DNA of 64,000 nucleotides from Candidatus Sericytochromatia bacterium. Lineage in GTDB: Bacteria; Cyanobacteriota; Sericytochromatia; S15B-MN24; JAQBPE01. The first letter of the stretch is position 1. The number at the start of each line of letters is the position of its first letter. Under the pieces are notes generated by a model, which saw only the letters and a list, made by a program, of their open reading frames with translations, was not told the DNA's origin and did no database searches. Where the stretch lies: positions 30,407-94,406 of the forward strand of contig JBBAPZ010000003.1 of assembly GCA_040400605.1 (NCBI GenBank). Reading direction: 5' to 3'. Made by a program: the position numbers and the translations under genes. Shown piece after piece: positions 38,785-48,724 of this stretch.

Positions 38785-39663
38785 ATGGCAATCATCAGGC
38801 GAGTGGGGGTTGTGGGCGCCGGGCAGATGGGCGCAGGCATTGCCCAAGTGATCGCGGCGAAGGGTTTTCCAGTCATTGTTTATGACCTTGAACCGACCAT
38901 GCTAACACGGGCACGTACAGGGATTGAGGCGAGTTTAGGCAAGTTTGTTGAAAAAGGCAAACTGGACCCTGGTGAACAGGCTGCGACCCTTGCCAATTTG
39001 ACTTTTGTCCAGTCATTGGATGCGCTGTCGGATTGCGACTTGGTCATTGAAGCGATTGTGGAGCGACTCGACGCGAAGGAAGCACTGTTCCGGCAATTGA
39101 GCGCGGTGGTTCGTGACGATGCGATCTTGGCGAGCAATACCAGCTCCTTACCCATCACGCAGCTTGCGGCGGTGGTGAAACGGCCTGAACGTTTCATCGG
39201 CATGCATTTTATGAATCCCGTTCCTTTGATGCAACTGGTTGAGATCATCCGGGGTCTCAAGACGGATGAAACGGTTTATGAGTGTGTCTTCAGTTTGGCT
39301 CAGGCGCTGGGCAAGACGCCTGTCACTGTCAACGATGCAGCTGGATTTGTCAGTAATCGCATTTTGATGCCGATGATTAACGAAGCGATCGTCACCCTGG
39401 CGGAAGGCGTTGCCTCCGCAGCCGATATCGATACCGTCATGAAACTCGGAATGAACCATCCGATGGGTCCGTTGACCCTGGCGGATTTCATTGGATTGGA
39501 TACTTGTCTCGCCATCATGGAAGTGCTTCATGCGGAACTTGGTGATGACAAATACCGTCCCGCGCCACTGCTGCGCAAATATGTCCGTGCTGGCATGCTC
39601 GGCAAAAAAACAGGTGAAGGCTTCTTCAAGTATGAAGTCAAACTACCCGCCCGTGTGTCGTGA
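38785..39663 (+). CDS. hbd: 3-hydroxybutyryl-CoA dehydrogenase
   Basis: GAGQMG, SNTSS, GMHFMNP, HPMGP; SD AAGGAG. Confidence 0.93.
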   Translation: MAIIRRVGVVGAGQMGAGIAQVIAAKGFPVIVYDLEPTMLTRARTGIEASLGKFVEKGKLDPGEQAATLANLTFVQSLDALSDCDLVIEAIVERLDAKEALFRQLSAVVRDDAILASNTSSLPITQLAAVVKRPERFIGMHFMNPVPLMQLVEIIRGLKTDETVYECVFSLAQALGKTPVTVNDAAGFVSNRILMPMINEAIVTLAEGVASAADIDTVMKLGMNHPMGPLTLADFIGLDTCLAIMEVLHAELGDDKYRPAPLLRKYVRAGMLGKKTGEGFFKYEVKLPARVS

Positions 39664-39743
39664 ACACCTACCGGTTGTGAGCGTGGGTTCAAGCAAGCTC
39701 CTTTGTTGCCCCGGTCGTGTCACGCACCGATTCATCAGCTAAA

Positions 39744-39795
39744 ACAAACGAGGGAGCCCACAGCACCCACGGTGACTGTGAGCTCCCTCGTTTGT
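39744..39795. terminator. Long hairpin between convergent hbd and diguanylate cyclase genes
   Basis: ACAAACGAGGGAGC...GCTCCCTCGTTTGT (14 bp perfect) plus inner stems; second hairpin at ~39923-39953. Confidence 0.6.
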
Positions 39796-40003
39796 GGCAC
39801 ATGCCGGCTAGCGGACTTGTGTGCAGCAGGCAACCCGTTGATGTGGCAAAAGGCGGTGTCGCAGACGAGACCTACTCTCTGAGCAGCCGGTCCATCACCG
39901 CAACATGTTTAAGCAACCGAGACGAACCGACTGCGCGAAGCGCGATCGGTTCGCCAGTCGTTTATGGAACGGAACGATCGTTGGTTTGGCAATCAGGAGG
40001 TGC

Positions 40004-41650
40004 TCAGTGGTCCACAGAACCCGGCGGGATATTGGCCTTGTTGTAAATCGTCGTGCGATTCCGGCCTTGCTGCTTCGATACATACAAGGCTTGATCCGCA
40101 TGCTCAAATAGCACCACAGCCGAGTCTCCGGCGGAAGGGAACTCCGCCAGGCCAATTGAGATCGTCACTTTCAGGGTTTCCCCCTTGGGCCCCGGCAAGG
40201 GCATATTCTCCACATTCTTGCGAATGCGCTCGGCAACGACCAGTCCACCTTCCAAATTGGTTTCAGGCAGCAGCAAAACCAGTTCTTCGCCGCCATAGCG
40301 ACCCGGAACATCCACGCCCGTACGAATGGCTCGCTTGATCACCTGAGACACCAGCTTGATGACCTCATCGCCGGTCTGGTGCCCATAATTGTCATTGAAC
40401 TTCTTGAAATGGTCGATGTCCATCACCAGCAAGGAGAATTGACGGCCATAGCGGCCCGAACGCTGGATCTCTTCCTCCATGCGCAACATGAAAAACGACC
40501 GGACAAACAGCCCCGTCAGACCATCAACCGTCGCTTGACGATACAAACGCGCATTGTCGACAGCCAAAGCGGCAACGTTGGCAATGTTGGTGAGGACCAT
40601 CATCTCTTTTTCAAGCTGTGTGAGGGATTGATTGCGCGAGTCGATATACAGCAAGCCTGAAAGCCCTTCTTGCCCCTTGAGCGGCACCGCGACGATGGCG
40701 TTGAGTTTCAAATTGACGATCGACAATTTTTTACTGAACTCCTCGTCAGAAGCCGTGTCGAAAACATAAACGCCCTGTTGGGTTTGCAACACTTTCTGAC
40801 AGACGGATTTTGACATTTCACGCGCAGCCGATGCAGCCAAAGGCCCCCCTGCATCCCTGCCCGCACCAAAACGCAACTGCCCATTATTGAGCAGGAGAAT
40901 GAACGCCCGTTCGGCCTGCGTCACATCCAAAGTAATGGTGCAGACCTGGTCGAGTAACTGTTCCAGTTCCAAGGTGCGCGAAATCGCCTCGTAAAGACGA
41001 TTGAGCATTTCGAGATGCTGCCGTCGTGCCACTTGTTCCCGGGAATTCCGCGCATTGGTGAGTGCACGGCAGGCAATGGAAGCCAAAGCGCCCAAGACCT
41101 TGATATCGCGGGGGTGAAAGGTGCCCACCTTCGTCGTGCGATCAATGTAGATGGCGCCATGCACGCCACTGTTGTCCACCAAGGGCGCGCACGCCAGACA
41201 ACCGAGGTCCACCCCGTAGGCGTCAGCGTCTTCAGCGACGGCAGGCGCCTTGGCGACATTGTAGATCACCAGCGCGTCGCGGGTATCGATGACTTGATCC
41301 ACCACTGCGCGCGCGATCTTTTCTGTCCCCCACATCGTCGGATCGTTTCGGTCCGCGCTACGACACCGGTCAGTATATGTTTTGTCCGATTCCTTGGCAC
41401 TCATATAGACGTGCGCACTGCCCGTGATACGCAAGACCCCATGCAAAATGTCTTCCACCACCCGATCAAATTCTTGGCTCGCACCCACCATGGTGGCAAA
41501 CTCGGCCAATTGCTCGAGCCTTTCCTCCAGCGCGGACACACTCACTGCGTCGGGAGGGCCACCGTCGGAGACGTTCAGTTTTTCGCTTAACTTCCTGACC
41601 AGCCCACGAATTTCTTCGAGCTCTCGCGAATGTCCAAGTTCAGATAGCAC
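40004..41650 (-). CDS. GAF-GAF-GGDEF diguanylate cyclase
   Basis: Two GAF-like domains; DGLTGL, DIDHFKKFNDNYGH, RYGGEEL. Confidence 0.9.
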   Translation of the reverse strand: MLSELGHSRELEEIRGLVRKLSEKLNVSDGGPPDAVSVSALEERLEQLAEFATMVGASQEFDRVVEDILHGVLRITGSAHVYMSAKESDKTYTDRCRSADRNDPTMWGTEKIARAVVDQVIDTRDALVIYNVAKAPAVAEDADAYGVDLGCLACAPLVDNSGVHGAIYIDRTTKVGTFHPRDIKVLGALASIACRALTNARNSREQVARRQHLEMLNRLYEAISRTLELEQLLDQVCTITLDVTQAERAFILLLNNGQLRFGAGRDAGGPLAASAAREMSKSVCQKVLQTQQGVYVFDTASDEEFSKKLSIVNLKLNAIVAVPLKGQEGLSGLLYIDSRNQSLTQLEKEMMVLTNIANVAALAVDNARLYRQATVDGLTGLFVRSFFMLRMEEEIQRSGRYGRQFSLLVMDIDHFKKFNDNYGHQTGDEVIKLVSQVIKRAIRTGVDVPGRYGGEELVLLLPETNLEGGLVVAERIRKNVENMPLPGPKGETLKVTISIGLAEFPSAGDSAVVLFEHADQALYVSKQQGRNRTTIYNKANIPPGSVDH

Positions 41651-41804
41651 AGAAAAACAACGCTCCTGTTTAAATTTTTGGTCACGCGGACATTATACCG
41701 AAACATCTGCACGCTCTAACCAACTCATTGGTATAATTTTTTTAGAGAGACAAGGCCGTGGTGAAAAGTTGCGCAAAGTCGCGCACGGGAAAGGATGTTT
41801 CGAC

Positions 41805-44117
41805 ATGCAAACGCCGGTAATGGATGGGCATCGCGCGGCGGTCATTGAGATGGTCGAGGCGTTTGCCTCGCGAGAACTGGCACCCAATGCCGCTCAGTGG
41901 GATAAAGAGGGGGTTTTCCCGGAGCAGGTGTTTCGAGGCATGGGGCCGTTGGGTTTGCTTGGCATGCCGTTGCCTGAGGCCTATGGTGGTGGTGGTGGAT
42001 CGATGCGCGACTACATCGCGGCAGTGGAAGCGATCGCGCGGGCCGATGCCGGTGTTGCGTGCGCCTACTCGGTGCATGTGTCAGCTGTGTCTTTGACCAT
42101 CCTGGAGTTTGGCACGGAAGCCCAAAAAGCGCATTACCTGCCCAAACTGGCCAGTGGCGAGATGATTGGGGCCTATGCGCTGACTGAAAGCGACCACGGT
42201 TCCGATGCCGGCAATTTGCAATTGAAGGCTTCCCAAACGGGCGACACGTGGGTGTTGAACGGGACCAAGCAGTGGATCACCAATGCGGGTTATGCCGATG
42301 TCTTTTTGGTGTTTGCACGCACCCACCCTGAGGTTGAGGGGCCAAAAGGCGTGAGCTGTTTTCTTGTTGACCGGGGGACGCCGGGTCTTGAAATCGGGCG
42401 TATCACGCACAAAATGGGCGTGCGTTCCTCTGACACCCGGGATGTGATATTTCGGGATGTGCAGGTATCTTCCGAACAAATGCTGGGTTCGGCGCAGGCC
42501 GGGTTCACGGTTGCGATGAAGGCGCTGGATTCAGGGCGTATCGGGATTGCTGCCCAAGCCATTGGCATTGCGGCAGCGGCATTCGAAGAAGCGCGAAAAT
42601 TCGCACTTGAGCGGGTGGCATTCGGGCAGGTCATCGCAAAATTCCAGGCGATTCAATGGAAGTTTGCGGATATGGCGACGCGCTTGCAGGCGGCGCGCCT
42701 CCTGACTCAGCGGGCAGCCGACCTGAAAGCGGATGATCGTCCCCACACGCTGGCTGGATCAATGGCGAAGCTGTATGCGTCCCGCATTTGTCGTGAGGTG
42801 TGCAACGAAGCATTGCAAGTGCATGGTGGCTATGGTTACACCGATGAGTTCGCGGTGGAACGGCATTACCGCGATGCCAAAATTACCGAAATTTACGAAG
42901 GCACCAGTGAGATTCAAAAACTGGTCATTTGGCGTCATCTCAAGAAAATGACCCATACATTCGAAAAGCTGGGTGATAGCCACTTGAATGAAGAGCAAAA
43001 AATGGCGCGGGACATGATGGTGGAATTGGCTTACGGCAAGTTCGCGGCGCGTGCGGCTGAAATCGACCAGACCGAAGAAGTGCCGCACGATAACATTGAT
43101 GCGATGCGTGAGGCGGGTGTGCTTGGCTTGCCCATCGAGGAAAGCTATGGTGGCGGCGGCAGTGATTATGTGTCATTTGCGATTATGTCGGAGGTGTTTG
43201 CGGAGACGTGTGCGTCGACCGGCGTGATTATGGATGCGCATATTTCATTGGCTGAGAAGCCGATTGCCTTGTTTGGCTCAGAAGAGCAAAAACGGACGTG
43301 GTTGCCGAAAATGTGCAGCGGTGAGTGGATCGGCGCGTTCGCACTGACTGAAGCCAACAGTGGATCCGACGCCGGCAGCCTGAAAACGACAGCGCGTTTG
43401 GATGATGATCACTATGTATTAAACGGCAGCAAGGTGTTTATCACCAATGGTGGATTCGCGCGGGTGTTTATCGTCTTTGCGTGCACCAACCCTGCACTGG
43501 GTAATAAAGGCATCAGCGCCTTCATCGTGGACGCACAGACACCCGGTTTTATCATTGGTAAAAAAGAAGACAAACTGGGCATTCGTGCCTCTGACACACG
43601 GCAACTCTATTTTGAAAACATGCGGGTGCCTGTCGCCAATCGCCTCGGCGAAGAAGGTCAAGGCTTCAAAATTGCACTCGCGACGCTCGATGGTGGGCGT
43701 ATTGGCATCGGCGCGCAAGCGGTGGGCATTGCTCACGGTGCGTTTATGCATGCGTTGCGGTACACACAGGAACGAGAGCAGTTCAAGCAAAAAATTGCTG
43801 AGTTTCAGGGCATTCAGTTTACGCTTGCGGAGATGGCCACCGAGATTGAGGCGTCGCGGTTGCTGGTGCGTCATGGGGCTGAATTGAAGGATCAGGGGCA
43901 AAAATTCAACATGGTGGCGTCGATGGGTAAGCTGTTGGCGTCCGAAACGGCCATGTGGGTATCGACCAAAGCGGTGCAGTTGTTTGGTGGCTATGGCTAC
44001 ATCAAGGAATATCCGGTCGAGCGTTATATGCGGGACGCCAAAATCACGGAATTGTATGAGGGCACCAGCGAGATTCAGCGGCTGGTGATTGGTTCCAGTG
44101 TGTTGGGCGTGAGGTAG
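41805..44117 (+). CDS. Tandem double acyl-CoA dehydrogenase (two full ACAD modules)
   Basis: ALTE..GSD, NG.K..ITN, GRIGI, GGYGY and YEGTSEIQ each occur twice. Confidence 0.9.
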   Translation: MQTPVMDGHRAAVIEMVEAFASRELAPNAAQWDKEGVFPEQVFRGMGPLGLLGMPLPEAYGGGGGSMRDYIAAVEAIARADAGVACAYSVHVSAVSLTILEFGTEAQKAHYLPKLASGEMIGAYALTESDHGSDAGNLQLKASQTGDTWVLNGTKQWITNAGYADVFLVFARTHPEVEGPKGVSCFLVDRGTPGLEIGRITHKMGVRSSDTRDVIFRDVQVSSEQMLGSAQAGFTVAMKALDSGRIGIAAQAIGIAAAAFEEARKFALERVAFGQVIAKFQAIQWKFADMATRLQAARLLTQRAADLKADDRPHTLAGSMAKLYASRICREVCNEALQVHGGYGYTDEFAVERHYRDAKITEIYEGTSEIQKLVIWRHLKKMTHTFEKLGDSHLNEEQKMARDMMVELAYGKFAARAAEIDQTEEVPHDNIDAMREAGVLGLPIEESYGGGGSDYVSFAIMSEVFAETCASTGVIMDAHISLAEKPIALFGSEEQKRTWLPKMCSGEWIGAFALTEANSGSDAGSLKTTARLDDDHYVLNGSKVFITNGGFARVFIVFACTNPALGNKGISAFIVDAQTPGFIIGKKEDKLGIRASDTRQLYFENMRVPVANRLGEEGQGFKIALATLDGGRIGIGAQAVGIAHGAFMHALRYTQEREQFKQKIAEFQGIQFTLAEMATEIEASRLLVRHGAELKDQGQKFNMVASMGKLLASETAMWVSTKAVQLFGGYGYIKEYPVERYMRDAKITELYEGTSEIQRLVIGSSVLGVR

Positions 44118-44119
44118 GT

Positions 44120-45097
44120 TTGCGTTCGCTGGATGTTCGATCGGTGGTTCAGCGCATTCAGGCGCGTGACGTGCGGGCGGTCGCACGGGCGATTACGTTG
44201 ATCGAAAATCAGCATCCGGAAGCCACATTATTGCTGGAAGCGTTGCATCCATTGACGGGGCGTGCGATGACGGTTGGCGTAACGGGGCCTCCGGGTGCGG
44301 GAAAGAGTTCATTGGTTGATCACCTGATTGCATCCGCGCGGGAAGCGCAACGCACGGTCGCGGTGATCGCGGTGGATCCTGCCAGCCCTTTTTCGGGTGG
44401 GGCCATTTTGGGCGATCGCATCCGGATGGCGAGTCACGCGGGTGATACAGATGTCTATGTGCGCTCCATGAGCGCGCGCGGGCATCTCGGCGGTTTGGCG
44501 ATCGCAACCGACGGAGCCGCGATGGTACTCGATGCCGCCGGTTTTGACGTCATTATCGTCGAAACGGTCGGCGTCGGGCAATCGGAAATCGAGGTCGTCG
44601 AATTGGCCGATACCACCATTCTGGTACAACCACCGGGGTTGGGAGATGGCGTGCAAGCCGTCAAAGCGGGCATCATGGAGGTGCCCGCCGTCTTTGTTGT
44701 CAACAAAGGTGATCTCCCTGGCGCCAAACAAACCGCCCACGACATCCGGCAGGCTTTAGAACTTGGTGAACCCACACCAGACGGTTGGACAACCCCGGTG
44801 CTCATCACCCGTAGCCACGCCAGTCAAGAGACCGGGGTACCCGCACTATGGGAAACAATTCAACAACACCGGGACTACCTCGATAACGGTTTAGGCCTCC
44901 GTCAACAACGCACGCGCCGCATCGCGCGCATCATCACCCAACTGGCCCAGACCCGGTTCAACCAGGCACTTGCGCTGGCACTTGACTCACCTGAAGGACG
45001 CGCTATGCAAGATGCGATGTTCACAGGTCGCCTGGGCCCCTGGAGCGCCGCGGATGCCTTGGTGCACTCAGTCATTCAAAATCTTGCAAAACCCTAA
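44120..45097 (+). CDS. meaB: Methylmalonyl-CoA mutase-associated GTPase
   Basis: GPPGAGKSS, DPASPFSGGAILGDRIRM, ETVGVGQSE, NKGD. Confidence 0.92.
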   Translation: MRSLDVRSVVQRIQARDVRAVARAITLIENQHPEATLLLEALHPLTGRAMTVGVTGPPGAGKSSLVDHLIASAREAQRTVAVIAVDPASPFSGGAILGDRIRMASHAGDTDVYVRSMSARGHLGGLAIATDGAAMVLDAAGFDVIIVETVGVGQSEIEVVELADTTILVQPPGLGDGVQAVKAGIMEVPAVFVVNKGDLPGAKQTAHDIRQALELGEPTPDGWTTPVLITRSHASQETGVPALWETIQQHRDYLDNGLGLRQQRTRRIARIITQLAQTRFNQALALALDSPEGRAMQDAMFTGRLGPWSAADALVHSVIQNLAKP

Positions 45098-45171
45098 GCG
45101 CGCGTGGGCTGACGCATCAAAGTGTTCATTGCAACCTCCTCGCCGGCCCCTAAGCGCGCGTGGGCTGACGC
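45092..45171. repeat. Two exact 24-bp direct repeats separated by 32 bp
   Basis: CCCTAAGCGCGCGTGGGCTGACGC at 45092-45115 and 45148-45171. Confidence 0.85.
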
Positions 45172-45242
45172 CTGCAAAATCAACACAACTGGGCCATTTT
45201 TTTAGGGTCGTTCCTTGACGCGACAGCCTTGCCACATCCGTT

Positions 45243-45415
45243 CACCACTACGTCTGTCCGACAGGATCATCCCGACTTCCACACAGTAAACGCTTCAACC
45301 AAGTCAAGACGCCTGTCAACCAAGCCCACCCGCATCGTGGATCACATATTTTCAATCCGAGGCTCTTGAACAAGCGGTGGGACTTCCTGGCCAACTCCTG
45401 TGTTACCCACGGCGT
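45243..45415 (-). ncRNA. Candidate 6S RNA
   Basis: ~170-nt rod with nested pairings (45261-66/45396-401, 45270-73/45379-82, 45291-95/45372-76, 45304-13/45361-69) and internal bubbles; strand tentative. Confidence 0.45.
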
Positions 45416-45571
45416 TTTCGGCGTTAACACCCCGCTTTTGTACCCTCTGGGCAACAGCGAACAACTGTTCTATTGTTGAACTCATTCAGCGAGTGCGCTG
45501 AACAACCAAGGGCGGATTCGCGGAGCAGGGGCTTCTGTGGTGGCCCGGGTCTTGCAAGGGAGAATGATGCG

Positions 45572-46270
45572 ATGCGATGTGTTGTGACAGGTGAAATCCG
45601 GCAGTATCTGGATGACAGTCGTTGTGTACTGTTAAACTCACGCCGAAAGACGCGGCAAGACGAGGAGGCGTTGGCGTGGCGTCTGACCTTTATCAAGGAT
45701 GAAACGTATGAAGAATTCAAGGCGATGTACGTGTCAGGAGACAGTTGTGCCGTCTACGGCATCTTGAATCAAGGCAGGGTACTCTTGCGGGATGAAGCGA
45801 ACCAGCAGGTTTTGAAAGGCCCCCAGGGGCATGATTTAACGCTCACACACCTTGAAGTGGATGTTCGTGGGCACCTCCCGATGGTGCAAGGGGAGCAGGA
45901 TTGGTGTTTCGCCCACGGTCTGGTGACGCTGGTTGATGATCCGACTTTGAAACAGAGTCAAGGGGGGCTTGCCTATACGCGGCTTAAAGTCGCTTACAAT
46001 CGGGCAGCGGGGCGCACACGCGGTGACGGTGCGGATTTTTATCAGACAGTGGCCTTCGGTGCTCAAGCGGAGCGTCTGTCCTCGTTGCGCAAGGGGGATC
46101 GCATCGTGTTGGATCACGCACTGCCGTCGCTGCAACGTTATGAGATGCGTGATCTGCTGCATTCGAACGGCGCCCCGGTCATTCGACACGTGCCGGAACT
46201 ACTGGTGCGGGAGTTCGGTGTCGTGGCACGATTGGCGTCAGGCGATCGCACCCGGGGTGAAGCGGCCTAG
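45572..46270 (+). CDS. SSB-like OB-fold protein, probably two OB domains
   Basis: C-half LVDDPTLK...YTRLKVAYNR...DFYQTVAFGAQAE..LRKGDRIV resembles SSB. Confidence 0.65.
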   Translation: MRCVVTGEIRQYLDDSRCVLLNSRRKTRQDEEALAWRLTFIKDETYEEFKAMYVSGDSCAVYGILNQGRVLLRDEANQQVLKGPQGHDLTLTHLEVDVRGHLPMVQGEQDWCFAHGLVTLVDDPTLKQSQGGLAYTRLKVAYNRAAGRTRGDGADFYQTVAFGAQAERLSSLRKGDRIVLDHALPSLQRYEMRDLLHSNGAPVIRHVPELLVREFGVVARLASGDRTRGEAA

Positions 46271-46595
46271 GCCGTGAGCCCAAGTGGGCTGCGACGCACT
46301 GGCGTCCAGAGGCCAGGAGCGATGAAGGAAGCTGCTTTGTGGCATGTAACCGACAAGCGACGATGTCTTCGGACGTCAGGAACAGCGGGTCACCAGGCTC
46401 ATCCATCATCGCGCCTCATAACATTGCGATGATGGATGAGCCCACAACTCGACCACCGGGGAACCATGGTATACAATCACAATTGTGCGCGTGGTATCGT
46501 CTGTGATGCCATTTCGCGAAGCGTGAGCCCGACGGTGCGCTCCATCGCGGTAACTCCCCGAAGCGTCGGGGCAGACTGGTTTCGGAGACCACGTT

Positions 46596-48710
46596 GTGTT
46601 GCAAGTGTTACCAGGCAAACCGTATCCATTGGGCGCGCACTGCGATGGTGCGGGTGTCAATTTCGCGCTGTTTTCCGAACATGCGACGTCGGTCAGTGTC
46701 TGCCTGTTTGATGGGCCGCACGCGTTGGTGGAAAGCCGGCGCCTGACGCTGACAGAGCGTACCGATGGCGTGTGGCACGGTTATGTGCCGGGACTGACCC
46801 CAGGGCAACTGTATGGTTACCGCGTGGATGGGCCTTATCGGCCACGTCAAGGTCACCGGTTCAATCCGCATAAAGTGTTGCTGGATCCGTACACGCGTCT
46901 GGTCGGACGCCGTCTCAGTTGGGGCGAAGAGTTGTTTGCGTATCCGCTTGGCCATGAGTCAGAGGATCTCGTTCGCGATGAACGCGACAGTGCGCCTTTT
47001 GCACCTTTGGGACAAGTGGTGCATTCCGATTTTGATTGGGAGGGGGTTGGCAAGCCGGAGACCCCGTGGGAGCGAACCGTCATTTATGAGGCGCACGTCC
47101 GTGGTTTGACACGGTTGAACACGCAACTGCCCGAGCGTTTGCGGGGGACCTACGAAGGTTTGGCGTCAGATGCGGTGATTGCGTACCTGAAGGAGTTGGG
47201 GGTCACGGCGATCGAACTGTTGCCGATTCAGCATCATGCAATCGATGGTCATTTGATCACGCATGGTCTGAGTAACTATTGGGGTTATAACACCTTGGCA
47301 TTTTTCGCACCGGACACCCGTTATGCCGCGACGAACGACGTGGTATCCGAGTTCAAGCGCATGGTAAAGCGTTTTCACGCGCACGGTCTGGAAGTGTTGC
47401 TGGATGTGGTCTATAACCATACGGCGGAGGGTTCGCACTTGGGGCCCACCTTATCATTGCGTGGCATTGACAATGCAGTTTATTACCGGTTGGCATCGCG
47501 GGAAAAGCGTTATTATCACGACTATACCGGGTGCGGCAACACCTTGGCCATTCATCATCCGCGTGCGTTGCAACTGGTGATGGATTCGTTACGCTATTGG
47601 GCCACGGAGATGCAGGTTGATGGTTTTCGCTTTGATTTGGCGAGTGCGTTGGGGCGAGGGTTGCATGCATTCTCCCAGAATGGGCCGTTTTTGGATGCGA
47701 TCGCGCAAGATCCGGTCCTGTCGCGCGTAAAGTTGATCGCCGAACCGTGGGACCTTGGCGAGCACGGGTATCAAGTCGGGCATTTTCCCTCGCCGTGGAG
47801 TGAGTGGAATGGGCGTTTTCGGGATACCGTGCGTCGTTTCTGGCGCGGGGATGATGGCTTGGCGTTCGATTTTGCTCAGGGTCTTGTCGGAAGTCCACAG
47901 CTGTATCGCAAATCCGGGCGATCGCCACGGGCGTCCATCAATTTTGTCACTTGCCACGATGGCTTCACGTTGAATGACTTGGTGAGCTACAACGAAAAAC
48001 ACAACGAGGCGAATCGCGAAGACAACCGCGATGGTGAAAATCACAATCACGCATGGAACTGTGGTGAGGAAGGTCCGACGAAAGACGCGGACATTCAGCG
48101 GTTGCGGCAACGGCAGATGCGTAATTTGATGGCGTCTTTGCTACTATCGCAAGGTGTGCCCATGATCAACAGTGGCGACGAAGTTTGTCGGACCCAGCGC
48201 GGCAACAACAATGTGTATTGTCAGGACAACGATTTATCTTGGCATCCGTGGTTGCACGATGCCAATCAACGCGATTTCTTCGCCTTCGTGCAACGGGTGT
48301 TGCGCATTCGTGCGGCAACGCCGTTGCTCAGGCGCAAACAGTTTTTTCAGGATGGACCGGGTCATCATGCACACGCTGGTGACGCGGTATGGTTTGAACC
48401 GTCTGGCCAGGAGATGGCACCCGGCTCGTGGCATGCCCACTTTGTGAGGTGTTTGGGTGTTCGATTGTACGAATTGCCCGAAACGGATCCGACGCGCCCT
48501 GACGCGCCCCTTTCCCTGATGGTATTGGTGAATGCGCACCATGACGCGATTCCTTTTACGCTTCCGGACCCGGTGATGGGTTCGGGGTGGCATCTCTGGT
48601 TGGATACCAATGATGTCTTGAACCTTGAAGGCAGTTGGGTTGAAGGGGATTCTGTCGACTTGGCAGGTCGTTCGTTGGTGTTACTGGCAACAGCCCCTTG
48701 TGATGGTTGA
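46596..48710 (+). CDS. glgX: Glycogen debranching enzyme
   Basis: [38 protein letters not shown]. Confidence 0.96.
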   Translation: MLQVLPGKPYPLGAHCDGAGVNFALFSEHATSVSVCLFDGPHALVESRRLTLTERTDGVWHGYVPGLTPGQLYGYRVDGPYRPRQGHRFNPHKVLLDPYTRLVGRRLSWGEELFAYPLGHESEDLVRDERDSAPFAPLGQVVHSDFDWEGVGKPETPWERTVIYEAHVRGLTRLNTQLPERLRGTYEGLASDAVIAYLKELGVTAIELLPIQHHAIDGHLITHGLSNYWGYNTLAFFAPDTRYAATNDVVSEFKRMVKRFHAHGLEVLLDVVYNHTAEGSHLGPTLSLRGIDNAVYYRLASREKRYYHDYTGCGNTLAIHHPRALQLVMDSLRYWATEMQVDGFRFDLASALGRGLHAFSQNGPFLDAIAQDPVLSRVKLIAEPWDLGEHGYQVGHFPSPWSEWNGRFRDTVRRFWRGDDGLAFDFAQGLVGSPQLYRKSGRSPRASINFVTCHDGFTLNDLVSYNEKHNEANREDNRDGENHNHAWNCGEEGPTKDADIQRLRQRQMRNLMASLLLSQGVPMINSGDEVCRTQRGNNNVYCQDNDLSWHPWLHDANQRDFFAFVQRVLRIRAATPLLRRKQFFQDGPGHHAHAGDAVWFEPSGQEMAPGSWHAHFVRCLGVRLYELPETDPTRPDAPLSLMVLVNAHHDAIPFTLPDPVMGSGWHLWLDTNDVLNLEGSWVEGDSVDLAGRSLVLLATAPCDG

Positions 48711-48724
48711 TAGGATGGTGCAAT

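Noticed and set aside
39661..39700. 6S-like TGAAC...GGGTTCAAG motif
   Set aside because: The 5' half would have to lie within the hbd coding sequence
41424..41804. N-terminal 127 aa of the 897-aa ORF
   Set aside because: Overlaps the antisense diguanylate cyclase gene; ACAD homology starts at ATG 41805
45092..45171. Bona fide CRISPR array
   Set aside because: Only two repeats, no third copy at the 56-bp period, no cas genes; kept as an unexplained repeat
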